From an uncultured Gemmatimonadales bacterium (GTDB lineage Bacteria; Gemmatimonadota; Gemmatimonadetes; Gemmatimonadales; GWC2-71-9): DNA of 64,000 nt. Below, piece by piece: positions 18,634 through 28,356 of the stretch. Both the position numbers and the translations under genes were made by a program. The notes beneath the pieces are model-generated. The model saw only the letters and a program-made list of their open reading frames with translations, made no database searches and was not told where the DNA came from. The stretch covers positions 622,192 to 686,191 of the forward strand of contig CAWJWG010000003.1 in NCBI GenBank assembly GCA_963846545.1, given 5' to 3'. Every line of letters starts with the position of its first letter. Within the stretch, counting starts at the first letter, position 1.

Positions 18634-19058
18634 GCCAGCCTCGCGTCGAGCTCGAACGCCACGTTGCCCTTGAGCGCCTGAGACACCGGACAGCCTTCCT
18701 TCGCGGCGTCGGCCGCCTTCTGGAATGCGGCCTGGTCTACGCCTGGCACGACCCCGCGCACCTCCAGCTGCATCCGGGTGATCTTGAACCCGTCGCCCAC
18801 CTTGTCGACCGTGGCGGAGGCGGTGGTGGTGATCCTGGTGGGCGGCGTGCCGGCCTTCTCCAGGATTCCGCTCAGGGCCATGCTCAGGCAGGACGCGTGC
18901 GCGGCCGCGATCAACTCCTCGGGATTGGTACCCTTGGCCCCCTCGAATCGGGTGGTAAAGGAATACGGTCCCGAGAACGCGCCGGACTTGGCGTTGAACT
19001 GGCCCTTGCCGCCGCGAAGACCGCCTTCCCAAACTGCCGTGGCGCTGCTCGTCGTCAT
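18630..19058 (-). CDS. osmC: OsmC/Ohr family peroxiredoxin
   Basis: 142 aa from ATG 19056-19058, preceded by AAGGAG. It has the two conserved Cys (AAHASCLSMAL and KEGCPVSQAL). Confidence 0.9.
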   Translation of the reverse strand: MTTSSATAVWEGGLRGGKGQFNAKSGAFSGPYSFTTRFEGAKGTNPEELIAAAHASCLSMALSGILEKAGTPPTRITTTASATVDKVGDGFKITRMQLEVRGVVPGVDQAAFQKAADAAKEGCPVSQALKGNVAFELDARLA

Positions 19059-19071
19059 CTCGCGCTCCTTG

Positions 19072-19557
19072 TCACAGCCGGTAGAGAAATCCAAGCGCCA
19101 GGCGGAACGGGCTGGTGTCGTCCACGAAGGTCCAGCGGAACTCGAGGAATCCCTTGATCCGCTGGTCCGGCGGCGCGGTGCTGAGACCGAAGAACGCATT
19201 GTAGCCGGTTCGGGTGTCGGCGTCATGCGGGTGCACCAGCGCGATCCCTCCGCCCGCATACAGCCCGCCGCCTTCGCCCAGCCGGACGGCGGCATCGCCG
19301 TTGAGCTGCCACCCCATGCCTTCGCCGCGCGGAAAGACGAGGTCGCCACTCGGCCGCAACTCGAAATGGCGTCCCAGTGGCGCGGCGACCTGTCCGCCCA
19401 CGGTCCACGCCTTGTTGCCGAAGTCCCGGCCGATGCGGGGGCCGACCTCGATCGGCCCCGAGAGGATGCCGCCGCCGCCTCTCCCTCGCTGCGCGGCCGC
19501 GGTGCCGGGGAACAGGACCATCGCGGCGACGAGGGCCAGCCAGGGTGCGCCCCTCAC
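19072..19557 (-). CDS. Small secreted, probably outer-membrane beta-barrel-like protein
   Basis: 161 aa from GTG 19555-19557, which overlaps the M16 stop (GTGA). It has the signal peptide VRGAPWLALVAAMVLFPGTAAAQ, alternating Gly/aromatic strands and a C-terminal ..ALGFLYRL. Confidence 0.6.
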   Translation of the reverse strand: MRGAPWLALVAAMVLFPGTAAAQRGRGGGGILSGPIEVGPRIGRDFGNKAWTVGGQVAAPLGRHFELRPSGDLVFPRGEGMGWQLNGDAAVRLGEGGGLYAGGGIALVHPHDADTRTGYNAFFGLSTAPPDQRIKGFLEFRWTFVDDTSPFRLALGFLYRL

Positions 19558-22331
19558 GAGGCGCCGAGCGGCTTCCCGTCCGCGTCGATGAACTTGATCT
19601 CCCCGAGATTGAGCCCGCGCACTCCCGCTTCGATCTTCGAGCGGTCCCCGACGACCACCCAGACGAGCTGGTCGGGATGGATGACGGCCTTGCCCGCCGC
19701 ACTCACCGACGCGACCGTCTGCGCGGCGACCTTCTCGCCGTAGCTGTCGTAGTACCGGTCGTCGAGGCCGAAGGTCACGATTTCGGCCAGCGTGCCCGAA
19801 ATGGCGGCCATCGTCTCCCAATTCCCCGGCAGCGTCAGGGTCAGCTCCGACTTGGCGCGCCCGAGCTCTTCGGCAGTGGCCGGCCGATCGGTCAGGATGC
19901 CGCGCAGCTCCTTCTGCAGCTCCACGAGTGCCTCTCGAGTCTTGTCGGTCTGCACCGGTGCGTAGGTCACGAACGGCCGCTGGCCCTTCGCGTTCCGAAG
20001 GAAGGTGAACGCGCCGTACGACCAGTGCTTGTCCTCTCGCAGATTCATGTTGATCCGGGCGAGGAAGGAGCCGCCGAGCACGAGATTCATCGTCTCGATC
20101 GCGGGCTCGTCGGGATTCGCCGTGGGCGGCGCGACATTGCCGACCAGGATGAGGGACTGCGTGGCATCGGGCCGGTCCAGGAGATAGACGGTCGAGTGCG
20201 GCTGCTGCTCGACGGTGCCGATATTCTTGGTCGGCACCTCGCCTCTGCTCCACCCGGCGAAAGCGCGCTCGATCCTCGGCCGGATCTCCGCCATGGTCGT
20301 GGCACCCACGACGATGAGGGTGGCATTGTTGGGCCTGAACCAGGTGCGGTGGAACTTGATCAGGTCCTCACGCGTGATCCGCGCGGTGGATGCCTCGGTG
20401 CCCGAGCCGGTCCAGGGATTGGCGTAGGCGTGGCCCGCCCCGTAGAGCAGGCCGGGGAAGACGCGCAGCGCCATGCCGACGGGGTCGGCCTTCTCCTGCT
20501 GGATCTGGGCCAGCCGCAGTCGCTTGAGCCGCTCGAAATCGGTGCGAGGGAAGACCGGGTTCAGCACGACGTCGGCGTAGACCGCCAGCGACGCATCGAG
20601 CTTGTCACTCAGCGTCTCGAGCGTGACGCTCGACATGTCGAGGCCCGATCCGGTGAACAGGTTCGCGCCGAGTGACGCGAGCTCGTCACTGATGGCGATC
20701 GAGCTCCGGGTCTTCGTCCCTTCGTCGAGCATGGCCATGGCGAGGCTGGCGGTGCCGGGCGTGCCGAACTGGTCCGCCGCGTACCCGGCATCCAGCAGCA
20801 GGCTGAAGCGGATCTGCGGAATGGCCGTGGCGCGGGCGAACACGATCCGGAGGCCGTTCGACAGCGTCGCCCGCTCGAACGCCGGGAACTTGGTGTCGGG
20901 CGCCGCGCCGGTGGCGGGCAGCTTCGAGCGGTCCGCGCCCGCTGCGGCCACCTGGTACTCTCCGAAGGGAAGCACCTCGAGGGTGTAGTCGCCGTCGGAG
21001 AGCCAGCGGGCCGACACCGTCCGGAGCTGCGCGGCGGTGGCGCTCGCGACACGCTGCAGCCGCGTCTTGTAGAAATCAGGGCGCCCCGCCCAGACCTCAC
21101 CCTGCGCGAGCACATCGGACTTCCCGCCGAACCCGCCGATGCGCTCGACGCCCCGGACGAAGCCCGCGCGATAGCCGGTCTTCACCCGCTGGAGCTCGGC
21201 CGGCGTCGGGCCCCCGGCGAGGAACCGCGCGAGCTCCTCATCCACGGCGCGCTCGATCCTGGCCAGGTCGCTGCCGGGCTTGGCCGTCGCCTCGATCACG
21301 AAGAGGCCGCCGATCTCGCGCAGGTCGGCGTACGCCTCCACGCTGGTGGCGATCTGCTCGTCGTACACCAATCGCTTGTAGAGACGCGAGGACTTCCCGG
21401 TCGCCAGCAGCTCGGAGGCCAGGTTGAGCTGCTCGCCGTCCACCGTCCCCCAGCCCGGCACGTTCCACACCTTGTAGAGCCGGGATTGAGGGACCCGGTC
21501 GTACATGACGCCGCGCTGGCTGCCGGTCCGTTTGGCTACCCACGCCTCCTGCCGGGCGGTGGGCGGGCCCGCGGGAATGTCGCCGAAATATTTCCCGACC
21601 CGCGCCTTCACGTCCGCCGGCGTGATGTCCCCAGCCACGACGAGCACGGCGTTCGCCGCGCCGTAGTAGGTGCGAAACCAGTCCTTGACGTCGTCCAGCG
21701 TTGCGGCGCGCAGGTCCTCCATCGACCCGATCGGGCGCCAGCTGTACGGGTGATTGGCGGGAAAGACCCGAGGCGTCAGGAAATCCCAGACCCGGCCGTA
21801 CGGCCCGTCTTCGCCCTGACGCTTCTCGTTCTGCACTACCCCGCGCTGCTCGTCGAGCCTGGCCTGAGTCACCGCGCCGAGGAGGTGGCCCATCCGATCC
21901 GACTCGAGCCAGAGCACCAGGTCGAGCGCGCTCACCGGGACGTTCTGGAAGTAGTTGGTCCGGTCCGAATTCGTGGTCCCGTTGATGTCGGTCGCGCCGA
22001 CTTCCTGCAGGGCGCCGAAGAAATCCTTGTCGTAGTTCTCGCTGCCGTTGAACATCAGGTGCTCGAACAGGTGCGCGAAGCCGGTGCGTCCCGGCCGCTC
22101 GTTCTTGGACCCCACGTGATACCACATGTTCACCGCCACGATCGGCGCCTTGTGATCCTCGTGGATGATGAGCGTGAGGCCGTTGGGGAGGACGTGGCGC
22201 TCGAACGGGATGTCGATCGGCGTGGCCTGGGCCTCGAGCGACGAAACCGGGGCGCCCGGCATGGGTGCGGCGGTGGCGAGCAGAAGCATGGGAGTGACGA
22301 TGCGAGGCAGACGAGTCGGCACGGCTGGCAT
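19554..22331 (-). CDS. Secreted M16 (pitrilysin) family zinc peptidase, tandem double-unit
   Basis: 925 aa from ATG 22329-22331. It has a signal peptide, the inverted zinc motif HLFEHLMFNGSENY in the first unit, and a second M16-like unit lacking it. Confidence 0.9.
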   Translation of the reverse strand: MPAVPTRLPRIVTPMLLLATAAPMPGAPVSSLEAQATPIDIPFERHVLPNGLTLIIHEDHKAPIVAVNMWYHVGSKNERPGRTGFAHLFEHLMFNGSENYDKDFFGALQEVGATDINGTTNSDRTNYFQNVPVSALDLVLWLESDRMGHLLGAVTQARLDEQRGVVQNEKRQGEDGPYGRVWDFLTPRVFPANHPYSWRPIGSMEDLRAATLDDVKDWFRTYYGAANAVLVVAGDITPADVKARVGKYFGDIPAGPPTARQEAWVAKRTGSQRGVMYDRVPQSRLYKVWNVPGWGTVDGEQLNLASELLATGKSSRLYKRLVYDEQIATSVEAYADLREIGGLFVIEATAKPGSDLARIERAVDEELARFLAGGPTPAELQRVKTGYRAGFVRGVERIGGFGGKSDVLAQGEVWAGRPDFYKTRLQRVASATAAQLRTVSARWLSDGDYTLEVLPFGEYQVAAAGADRSKLPATGAAPDTKFPAFERATLSNGLRIVFARATAIPQIRFSLLLDAGYAADQFGTPGTASLAMAMLDEGTKTRSSIAISDELASLGANLFTGSGLDMSSVTLETLSDKLDASLAVYADVVLNPVFPRTDFERLKRLRLAQIQQEKADPVGMALRVFPGLLYGAGHAYANPWTGSGTEASTARITREDLIKFHRTWFRPNNATLIVVGATTMAEIRPRIERAFAGWSRGEVPTKNIGTVEQQPHSTVYLLDRPDATQSLILVGNVAPPTANPDEPAIETMNLVLGGSFLARINMNLREDKHWSYGAFTFLRNAKGQRPFVTYAPVQTDKTREALVELQKELRGILTDRPATAEELGRAKSELTLTLPGNWETMAAISGTLAEIVTFGLDDRYYDSYGEKVAAQTVASVSAAGKAVIHPDQLVWVVVGDRSKIEAGVRGLNLGEIKFIDADGKPLGAS

Positions 22332-22399
22332 CCTGTGATGGACGGACCTGACGAACGGAGCGATGTGGAAAGGTAGACGGTCGGCCGCCCGCGAAAGTG

Positions 22400-22885
22400 T
22401 CACGCCCCCCGCGCGGCGCGTGGGCCTGCCCGGTGGCTTGCCGCGCGGGGTGGCGCCAGGTTCTGGCCCAGCCAGTAGCGTCCGACCATCTGAATGGTCT
22501 CGTAGAAATCGGCGAAATGCACCGGCTTTCTGACGCAGCTGTTCGCGCCGACCTGATAGCACTGCGCCAGCTCGCGCGGCTCGTTCGCCGGCACCAGCAT
22601 CACGACCGGCGCGGCGCTGGCGCGCGGGCTGGCGCGCAGCGCCCGGAGCACCTCGATCCCGTCCACGCGGGGCAACCGAAGGTCGAGCAGGGTGAGGCGG
22701 GGCAGCGTCGCCCCGAGCCGGTGGCGGAAGGCGCCCCGGCCCAGCAGATAGTCCAGCGCCTCTTCGCCGTCGCGCGCGACGGTGATGCGGCAGCGTGGGT
22801 CGAGATCGCGGAGCGGTCGGGAGGTGAGCTCGACCTCGAGCGGGTTGTCCTGGACCAGCAGCACGTCGGCGTCGTCAGGACGCAT
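22400..22885 (-). CDS. Single-domain response regulator (CheY-like receiver)
   Basis: ORF of 161 aa with VLLVQDNP, phospho-Asp context LTLLDLRLP, and ..VVMLV..CVRKP. It overlaps the upstream kinase gene by 11 nt. Confidence 0.85.
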   Translation of the reverse strand: MRPDDADVLLVQDNPLEVELTSRPLRDLDPRCRITVARDGEEALDYLLGRGAFRHRLGATLPRLTLLDLRLPRVDGIEVLRALRASPRASAAPVVMLVPANEPRELAQCYQVGANSCVRKPVHFADFYETIQMVGRYWLGQNLAPPRAASHRAGPRAARGA

Positions 22886-25547
22886 GTCGCACGTCGGGAC
22901 CGCCGAAAGTGATGGAGAATGTCGCGCCCTCGTCCACTTCCGACTCGGCCCAGACGCGGCCGCCGTGTCGCTGCGCGATGCGCTGCACGAAGGACAGTCC
23001 GGCGCCTTCGCCCTCGAACTCGTCGGCCCGGTGCAGGCGTTGGAAGAGTCCGAACAACTTTCCGGCGTATGCCATCTTGAACCCCACGCCGTTGTCCTGG
23101 ATCGCGATGCCGTCGTGCTCGTCGGCGTGGATCGGACGGATGCGGATGCTCCCGCGGGCGCGCGTGCGGGTGAACTTCACCGCGTTGGCGAGCAGCTCGG
23201 CGACCGCGACCTTGGCGAGGGCGGGGTCGCACTCGAGCATCGGCAGCGGCTCGACCACCCAGTCGATGGTCCGATCGCCGGTTTCGGACTGGAGCTGGCT
23301 CACCGCGTCCTCCACCAGGGTGGTGAAGTCCACCGGGCGCCGCAGCATGTCCTGGCGGCCGAGCCGGTTGAGCTGCACCAGGTCGTCCAGCATGCCGGCC
23401 ATGCGTGTGGCGCTCTCGCCGATCCGCGTGGCGTAGTGCCGGAGCGCCGGGTCGAGTCCGGGGCCGCCGTCCTGCTGCATCAGCTCGGCGAAGCCGCCGA
23501 TGTGGCGCACCGGCGCGCTCAGGTCGTGCGACACGGAGTAGAGCAGCGTCTCCAGCTCGGCGGTGGTCGAACGGAGGGCGGCACCCCGCTCGGCGATCCG
23601 GCGCTCGAGATCGGCCGTCTTCTGGGCCAGCTCGTCGCGCAGACTGGCGTGTTGGATCGCGATGGCGATGGGCGCGGCCACCTCCAGCGCGATGTCGCGG
23701 TGCTCCGAGTCGAAGGCGTCCACGTCCGTGGAGGCGAGATTGACCTCGCCGATGGCCTCGCCGTCCGCCAGCAGCGGCACGGTGAGAATGCTGTGGAGTC
23801 CCTCCTCGAGCAGCTGCCGGTAGATCGGCGGCGGCGCCTCCGCGGCGGCGATGTCCTCGGCGTAGCGCACGGTGCCGCGGCGCAGCACCTCAATGGGCGA
23901 GAGCGTGTCCAGTGGAATCGGCGCGGCCGAGATGGGATGGCCGCCGGCGTATCCGGCAATGAGCTGAGCCTGACCCTTGGGGAAGTCGAACAGGCTGATG
24001 GTGCAGCGCTGGCAGGGCACGAGGCGCCGCAATCGCCCGAGCGCTGCCCGGCCGATCTCCGCCGGAGAGCGAGCCGAGAGAATGGCCTGCCCCATGTCAT
24101 GCAGGATCGCCAGACGCTCCGCCGAGCGGCGCAACCGTTCCTCCGCCTGCTTGCGCTCGGTGATGTCGGTGACCATGCCCACGGTGCCGATGAGCCCGCC
24201 GTCGCGACTCACGATCGGGCTGGAGGACACCAGGCCCCACAGCTCGCCCCCGTCGCGCCGCTGGAAGCGGAGATCTCGGCTCTCGCCGCCGGACGCGGAG
24301 GGGCGGGCGAGGGTGCGCTGGGCTCCGGCGCGCGACCCGGCGTCGATGAAATCGTAGACCCGGCGGCCGAGCATCGCGCCATTCTGGTAGCCCAGCAGCT
24401 CGGTCATCCGCTGGTTCACGTAGGTGATCACCCCGCGATCGTCGGCGAGCCAGATCCCTTCCTGCGCGACGTCCACCAACTGCTTGAACCGCTGCTCGCT
24501 CTCCTGCAGCGTGCGGGTCCGCTCTTCCAGGCGGAGCTGGCGGGACTCATAGGCGGCCGCGTGGCCCAGGGCCGCGCCCATGAGTCCGCTCAGGAGCCGC
24601 ATCGCCTTGGCGTCGCGGTCGCTGAACGCGTTGGGCCGGGTGGCGACCACCTTGAGCACCCCGAGGATCCGCTGCTCGTCGGTGAGCGGTGCCGCGAGCA
24701 GCGACCGCACACCCAGCTGACGATACGCGTCGTGTCCCACTCGTGAGTCGGCCACCAAGTCGTCGGAGCGCTGCAGCTCACCGGTGCGCACGGCGAGCCC
24801 CGAGAGGCTGTCGGCCAACAGGAGTCGCGGCGCGTCGGTACCGATATGGACCTGAGGAACGAGCTCGTCGCCTTCGATCGCTTCGATCACCGCGCCGTCC
24901 GCGCCGGTGAGGCGCATGCCGCGGTCGGCGATCACCCGCATGACCGTCTGCGAGTCGAGCCCGGCCGCGGCCACGGCCTGCTGAATCTCGATCATCGCCT
25001 GGAAGAGCTCGGCGTCGAGGCGCATCGCCTCTTCCGCCAGCTTCCGCTCGGTGATGTCGAACTCGGTGCCGAGGTAGCCGATCTGGCGACCCCTGTCGTC
25101 GCGGAGCGGCTCCCACGAGCTGGAGGACCAGCGCTCATGTCCCCCGCGCGCGACCACCCGATACTCCTGGTCGCGCAGGGAGCCGCCTTGCGCCAGTTGC
25201 TCCCACTCGGCGGTCAGCGCGGGCCGGTCGTCGGGATGGATATACTGGAGGAACTCCTGATCGCGCAGGTCTTCCTCGGGGTAGCCGGTCAGCCGCTCGA
25301 AGGCCGGGTTCGCCATCGTGAGCTGGAGCTTCATGTCGTAGGCGACCACGCCTTCGCGCATGGACTCCGTGACGGTGCGCAGCTGGCCCCGCGCGTCGGC
25401 GGCCGCTTCCTCGGCGTCGCGGCGGTGCCAGTGCATCACCAGGAGCGCCACCAGCAGTGCCAGGGCCAGCAGCCCGGCGACCGCCGCGGCGATGGCCAGC
25501 TGGCCGGGCGGGATGCCTTCGATCAGACCAGCGAGCGCGTCGCCCAC
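22875..25547 (-). CDS. Multi-PAS/GAF sensor histidine kinase
   Basis: ORF of 890 aa with an N-terminal TM, alternating PAS and GAF modules, the H-box LLYSVSHDLSAPVRHI and an HATPase_c domain (DNGVGF..GEGAGLS). Confidence 0.9.
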   Translation of the reverse strand: MGDALAGLIEGIPPGQLAIAAAVAGLLALALLVALLVMHWHRRDAEEAAADARGQLRTVTESMREGVVAYDMKLQLTMANPAFERLTGYPEEDLRDQEFLQYIHPDDRPALTAEWEQLAQGGSLRDQEYRVVARGGHERWSSSSWEPLRDDRGRQIGYLGTEFDITERKLAEEAMRLDAELFQAMIEIQQAVAAAGLDSQTVMRVIADRGMRLTGADGAVIEAIEGDELVPQVHIGTDAPRLLLADSLSGLAVRTGELQRSDDLVADSRVGHDAYRQLGVRSLLAAPLTDEQRILGVLKVVATRPNAFSDRDAKAMRLLSGLMGAALGHAAAYESRQLRLEERTRTLQESEQRFKQLVDVAQEGIWLADDRGVITYVNQRMTELLGYQNGAMLGRRVYDFIDAGSRAGAQRTLARPSASGGESRDLRFQRRDGGELWGLVSSSPIVSRDGGLIGTVGMVTDITERKQAEERLRRSAERLAILHDMGQAILSARSPAEIGRAALGRLRRLVPCQRCTISLFDFPKGQAQLIAGYAGGHPISAAPIPLDTLSPIEVLRRGTVRYAEDIAAAEAPPPIYRQLLEEGLHSILTVPLLADGEAIGEVNLASTDVDAFDSEHRDIALEVAAPIAIAIQHASLRDELAQKTADLERRIAERGAALRSTTAELETLLYSVSHDLSAPVRHIGGFAELMQQDGGPGLDPALRHYATRIGESATRMAGMLDDLVQLNRLGRQDMLRRPVDFTTLVEDAVSQLQSETGDRTIDWVVEPLPMLECDPALAKVAVAELLANAVKFTRTRARGSIRIRPIHADEHDGIAIQDNGVGFKMAYAGKLFGLFQRLHRADEFEGEGAGLSFVQRIAQRHGGRVWAESEVDEGATFSITFGGPDVRHAS

Positions 25548-27058
25548 GAAGCGGATTCCTCAGCGGAGAGGTCGGCGCCCAGGATCTGGCGCACCTTCCC
25601 CAGTAAGCGGTCGAGCGAGAAGGGTTTCTCCAGGAACTCGATGCCCGGCTCGAGCATCCGGTGTCGGGCGATAGCGCCGTCGCTGGTGCCCGACACATAC
25701 AGGACCTTGATCGCGGGGCGGTGGATCCCGAGCCGCGCGGCCAGCTCGCGTCCGCTCGCCCGGGGCAGGAGCACATCGGTCACCAGGAGGTGGATGTGCC
25801 CCGGGTGCCGGTCCGCGGCCGCGATGGCCGTCTCGGCGTCGCTTTGAGCGAGCACGGTGTACCCCGCTCGCTCCAGCGCGCGGCGGCTTACGTCGCGCAC
25901 CTGGGCGTCGTCTTCCACCAGCAGGATGGTCTCGCTGCCCTCGAGCGCGGCGCCCTCGGCCGACCCGAGGCTGTCGGGGCTCGCCACCAGGCTCGGGATG
26001 AAGAGGGTGAAGGTGGTGCCCACGCCGGGCGTGCTCACCACGGTCACATGGCCGCCGCTCTGGCGCGCGATCGTGGCGACCGACGAGAGGTCCACCACTT
26101 CTTCCGCGCCACCTGCCGGGGGATTGAACACGCGCGCCAGGGCATCGGGGTTGAGCCCCGCACCCGTGTGACTGACTTCGAGCGTCACGTAGGAGCCCGC
26201 GCGAAGGCCTGGCCCTGACGCAGCCGCCTCGTCCAGCTGAGCCCGGCCGGTCCGAAGCGTGAGTCGCCCACCACCGGGCATGGAGGCCCGTGCATGGGTG
26301 CCGAGCTGAAGGAGGATCTGCTCCAGCTGGCCGGCGTCGGCGAGCACCGGCTCGAGATCGCTCTCCAGCTCGGATTGGACCTCCACCGCCGGACCGACGA
26401 CCTGGCGGATGGCGCTCGTGGTTCCGGAGACGAGCTGGTTGAGGTCGAGGAAGCGGGGGGAGAGGTGGGGACGGCGGCTGAACGAGAGGAGCTGGCGCGT
26501 GAGCGTTGCCGCGCGATCCGCCGCCTGACGGATCCGGGCCAGGTCTTCCTGAGCCTCGGGTGACAGGGTGGCCTCGTCCAGCAGGAGCGCCACATGGCCC
26601 ATGATGCCGGTGATCAGGTTGTTGAAGTCGTGCGCGATGCCGCCGGCCAGCTGAGCCATCTCTCCGGTCCGCCCGAGCTGCGCCAGTCGCTGCGTGAGCG
26701 CGCGCCGGTCGGTCACGTCGGTAGTACACCCCGAGTAGCCGAGGAAGCTGCCGTCCGCGGCAGAGATCGGCTCGCCGACCCCGAGTAACCAGCGGTATTC
26801 ACCGTCCACGTCCAGCATCCGGAATTCCATACAAACCGGGGCACGGGCGGACACGGCCGTGGAATACTCCGCCACGAACTGGTCGCGATCGTCCGGATGC
26901 AGGTCCTCCACCCACCCCCAGCCGAGCATCTCGCTCAGTGGACGCCCAGTCAGGTCGCTCCACCGCTCGTTCAGGTAGTCACACGCGCCGTCCGGGCCCG
27001 CGGTCCAGAGGAGGACCGGCAGGCGGTCGTACGCGAGACGAGGATCCAGCAAGGTCAT
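25523..27058 (-). CDS. PAS sensor hybrid histidine kinase / response regulator
   Basis: 511 aa from ATG 27056-27058, internal to ORF 25523..27169. It has a PAS domain, the H-box LAGGIAHDFNNLITGI, an HATPase domain and a receiver (ILLVEDD..LLVTDVLLP). It overlaps the next kinase gene. Confidence 0.85.
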   Translation of the reverse strand: MTLLDPRLAYDRLPVLLWTAGPDGACDYLNERWSDLTGRPLSEMLGWGWVEDLHPDDRDQFVAEYSTAVSARAPVCMEFRMLDVDGEYRWLLGVGEPISAADGSFLGYSGCTTDVTDRRALTQRLAQLGRTGEMAQLAGGIAHDFNNLITGIMGHVALLLDEATLSPEAQEDLARIRQAADRAATLTRQLLSFSRRPHLSPRFLDLNQLVSGTTSAIRQVVGPAVEVQSELESDLEPVLADAGQLEQILLQLGTHARASMPGGGRLTLRTGRAQLDEAAASGPGLRAGSYVTLEVSHTGAGLNPDALARVFNPPAGGAEEVVDLSSVATIARQSGGHVTVVSTPGVGTTFTLFIPSLVASPDSLGSAEGAALEGSETILLVEDDAQVRDVSRRALERAGYTVLAQSDAETAIAAADRHPGHIHLLVTDVLLPRASGRELAARLGIHRPAIKVLYVSGTSDGAIARHRMLEPGIEFLEKPFSLDRLLGKVRQILGADLSAEESASWATRSLV

Positions 27059-27180
27059 GCCAATCGTCCCTTGTGCAGGGCGAGGAGGGGGAGTGCCAAT
27101 TTCGCGGCCGATTGCGGCGGGGGCAAGAGCGCGTGGGGCCTGCGGTGGCGGCGGAAGCCTTTGCGGCATACACTTTTCGG

Positions 27181-28257
27181 ATGCCTTTCCTCGATACCGA
27201 ACGACAGCGGGCCGCGGTGATGGTGCTGGTCCTGGGCATCGCGCTGGTCGTCGCCCTCTGGCCGTTCAGCACCGGGCTGATCGGCGCCCCGGTGCTCTAT
27301 GTCGTGATGGCGCCGCTGCATCGGTGGCTGTCCCGGTGGATGCCGCAGTGGTTGGCCGCCGGGGTGGTGATCGTCCTGGCCATCATCCTGACCCTCGGCC
27401 CCGGGCTCTCGATCCTCGGCCTGGTCGCCACCGAGGCGCAGGACATGGCCACCGGGGTCATCCGGAGCCCCCTCCTGGCCCGGATCAGCCGGATCCGGGT
27501 TGGCCCCTACCAGGTCGGGGCCCAGCTGGAGCAGATCGGGTCCCAGGTGGTCTCGTTCATCGGTGCCAGCGCGCTGGGCCTGATCGGGACCGCGACCCGG
27601 GCGGGCATCCAGCTCACCATCGCCATGTTCGGCCTCTACTACCTCCTCCTCGCGCCCGAGATGACCTGGCGCGCCGTCCGGCCCTTCATCCCATTCTCCG
27701 CCGCCAGCGCTGAGGTCCTGCGCCGCCGGTTTGGTGACGTCACGATCTCCACGCTGGTAGGGACCGGCGTGACGGCCGGATTCCAGGGAATCGCGGTCGG
27801 CATGGCGTTCTGGGTGGTGGGCCTGTCCAACCCACTCTTCTGGGGTGTGGTGACCGTCGTCTTCGCCATCCTGCCGGTGGTGGGCAGCGGGCTCGTGTGG
27901 GGGCCGGGAGCCGCCGCGCTCGCCATGGACGGGCGCTACGGCGCCGCTATCGGCCTGGCGATCTGGGGGATCGTCGTCGTGGGCAACGTGGACAACGTCA
28001 TCCGGCCGATCGTCTTCCGGCGCTGGGCCCAGATCCATCCCTTCGTCACCGTGATCGGCGCGTTTATGGGTCTGCGCTACTTCGGGTTGCTCGGGCTGCT
28101 GATCGGCCCGCTCGCGATCTCCTACTTCTTCGAGCTGATCCGGATGTACCGGGTGGAGTACCTGGAGGACGTGGAGACCGAGTTGAGCGCGGAGCAGCTG
28201 GCGGAGGTCCAGCGTCGGCTGACCCCCCCGGTGGGAATGCCGGGGCCGATGCTCTAG
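27181..28257 (+). CDS. AI-2E family transporter (PerM/UPF0118)
   Basis: 358 aa from ATG 27181. It is polytopic, with the family-typical NVIRPIVF..HPFVTVIGAFMGLRYFGLLGLLIGP segment. Confidence 0.88.
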   Translation: MPFLDTERQRAAVMVLVLGIALVVALWPFSTGLIGAPVLYVVMAPLHRWLSRWMPQWLAAGVVIVLAIILTLGPGLSILGLVATEAQDMATGVIRSPLLARISRIRVGPYQVGAQLEQIGSQVVSFIGASALGLIGTATRAGIQLTIAMFGLYYLLLAPEMTWRAVRPFIPFSAASAEVLRRRFGDVTISTLVGTGVTAGFQGIAVGMAFWVVGLSNPLFWGVVTVVFAILPVVGSGLVWGPGAAALAMDGRYGAAIGLAIWGIVVVGNVDNVIRPIVFRRWAQIHPFVTVIGAFMGLRYFGLLGLLIGPLAISYFFELIRMYRVEYLEDVETELSAEQLAEVQRRLTPPVGMPGPML

Positions 28258-28260
28258 GGC

Positions 28261-28336
28261 GTGGATGTTACTCTGAGCGCAGCGAAGGGGACCATGCGAG
28301 CATGGTCCCCTTCACTGCGTTCAGGGTGACATCCAC
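28261..28336. repeat. Long near-perfect palindromic element (37-nt arms), copy 1; probable bidirectional terminator
   Basis: GTGGATGTTACTCTGAGCGCAGCGAAGGGGACCATGC / GCATGGTCCCCTTCACTGCGTTCAGGGTGACATCCAC. 33 of 37 arm positions are complementary and all 4 mismatches are transitions. It starts 4 nt after the perM stop, between convergent genes. A related copy lies at 43764-43830. Confidence 0.6.
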
Positions 28337-28356
28337 TTGCCACCCACCGGTCCGGC

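Noticed and set aside
22400-22885. Response regulator with Gln in the acidic pocket (VLLVQDNP) as a possible pseudo-receiver
   Set aside because: The second acidic residue, the phospho-acceptor Asp (LLDLRLP) and the conserved Lys (VRKP) are all present. It is most likely a normal receiver.
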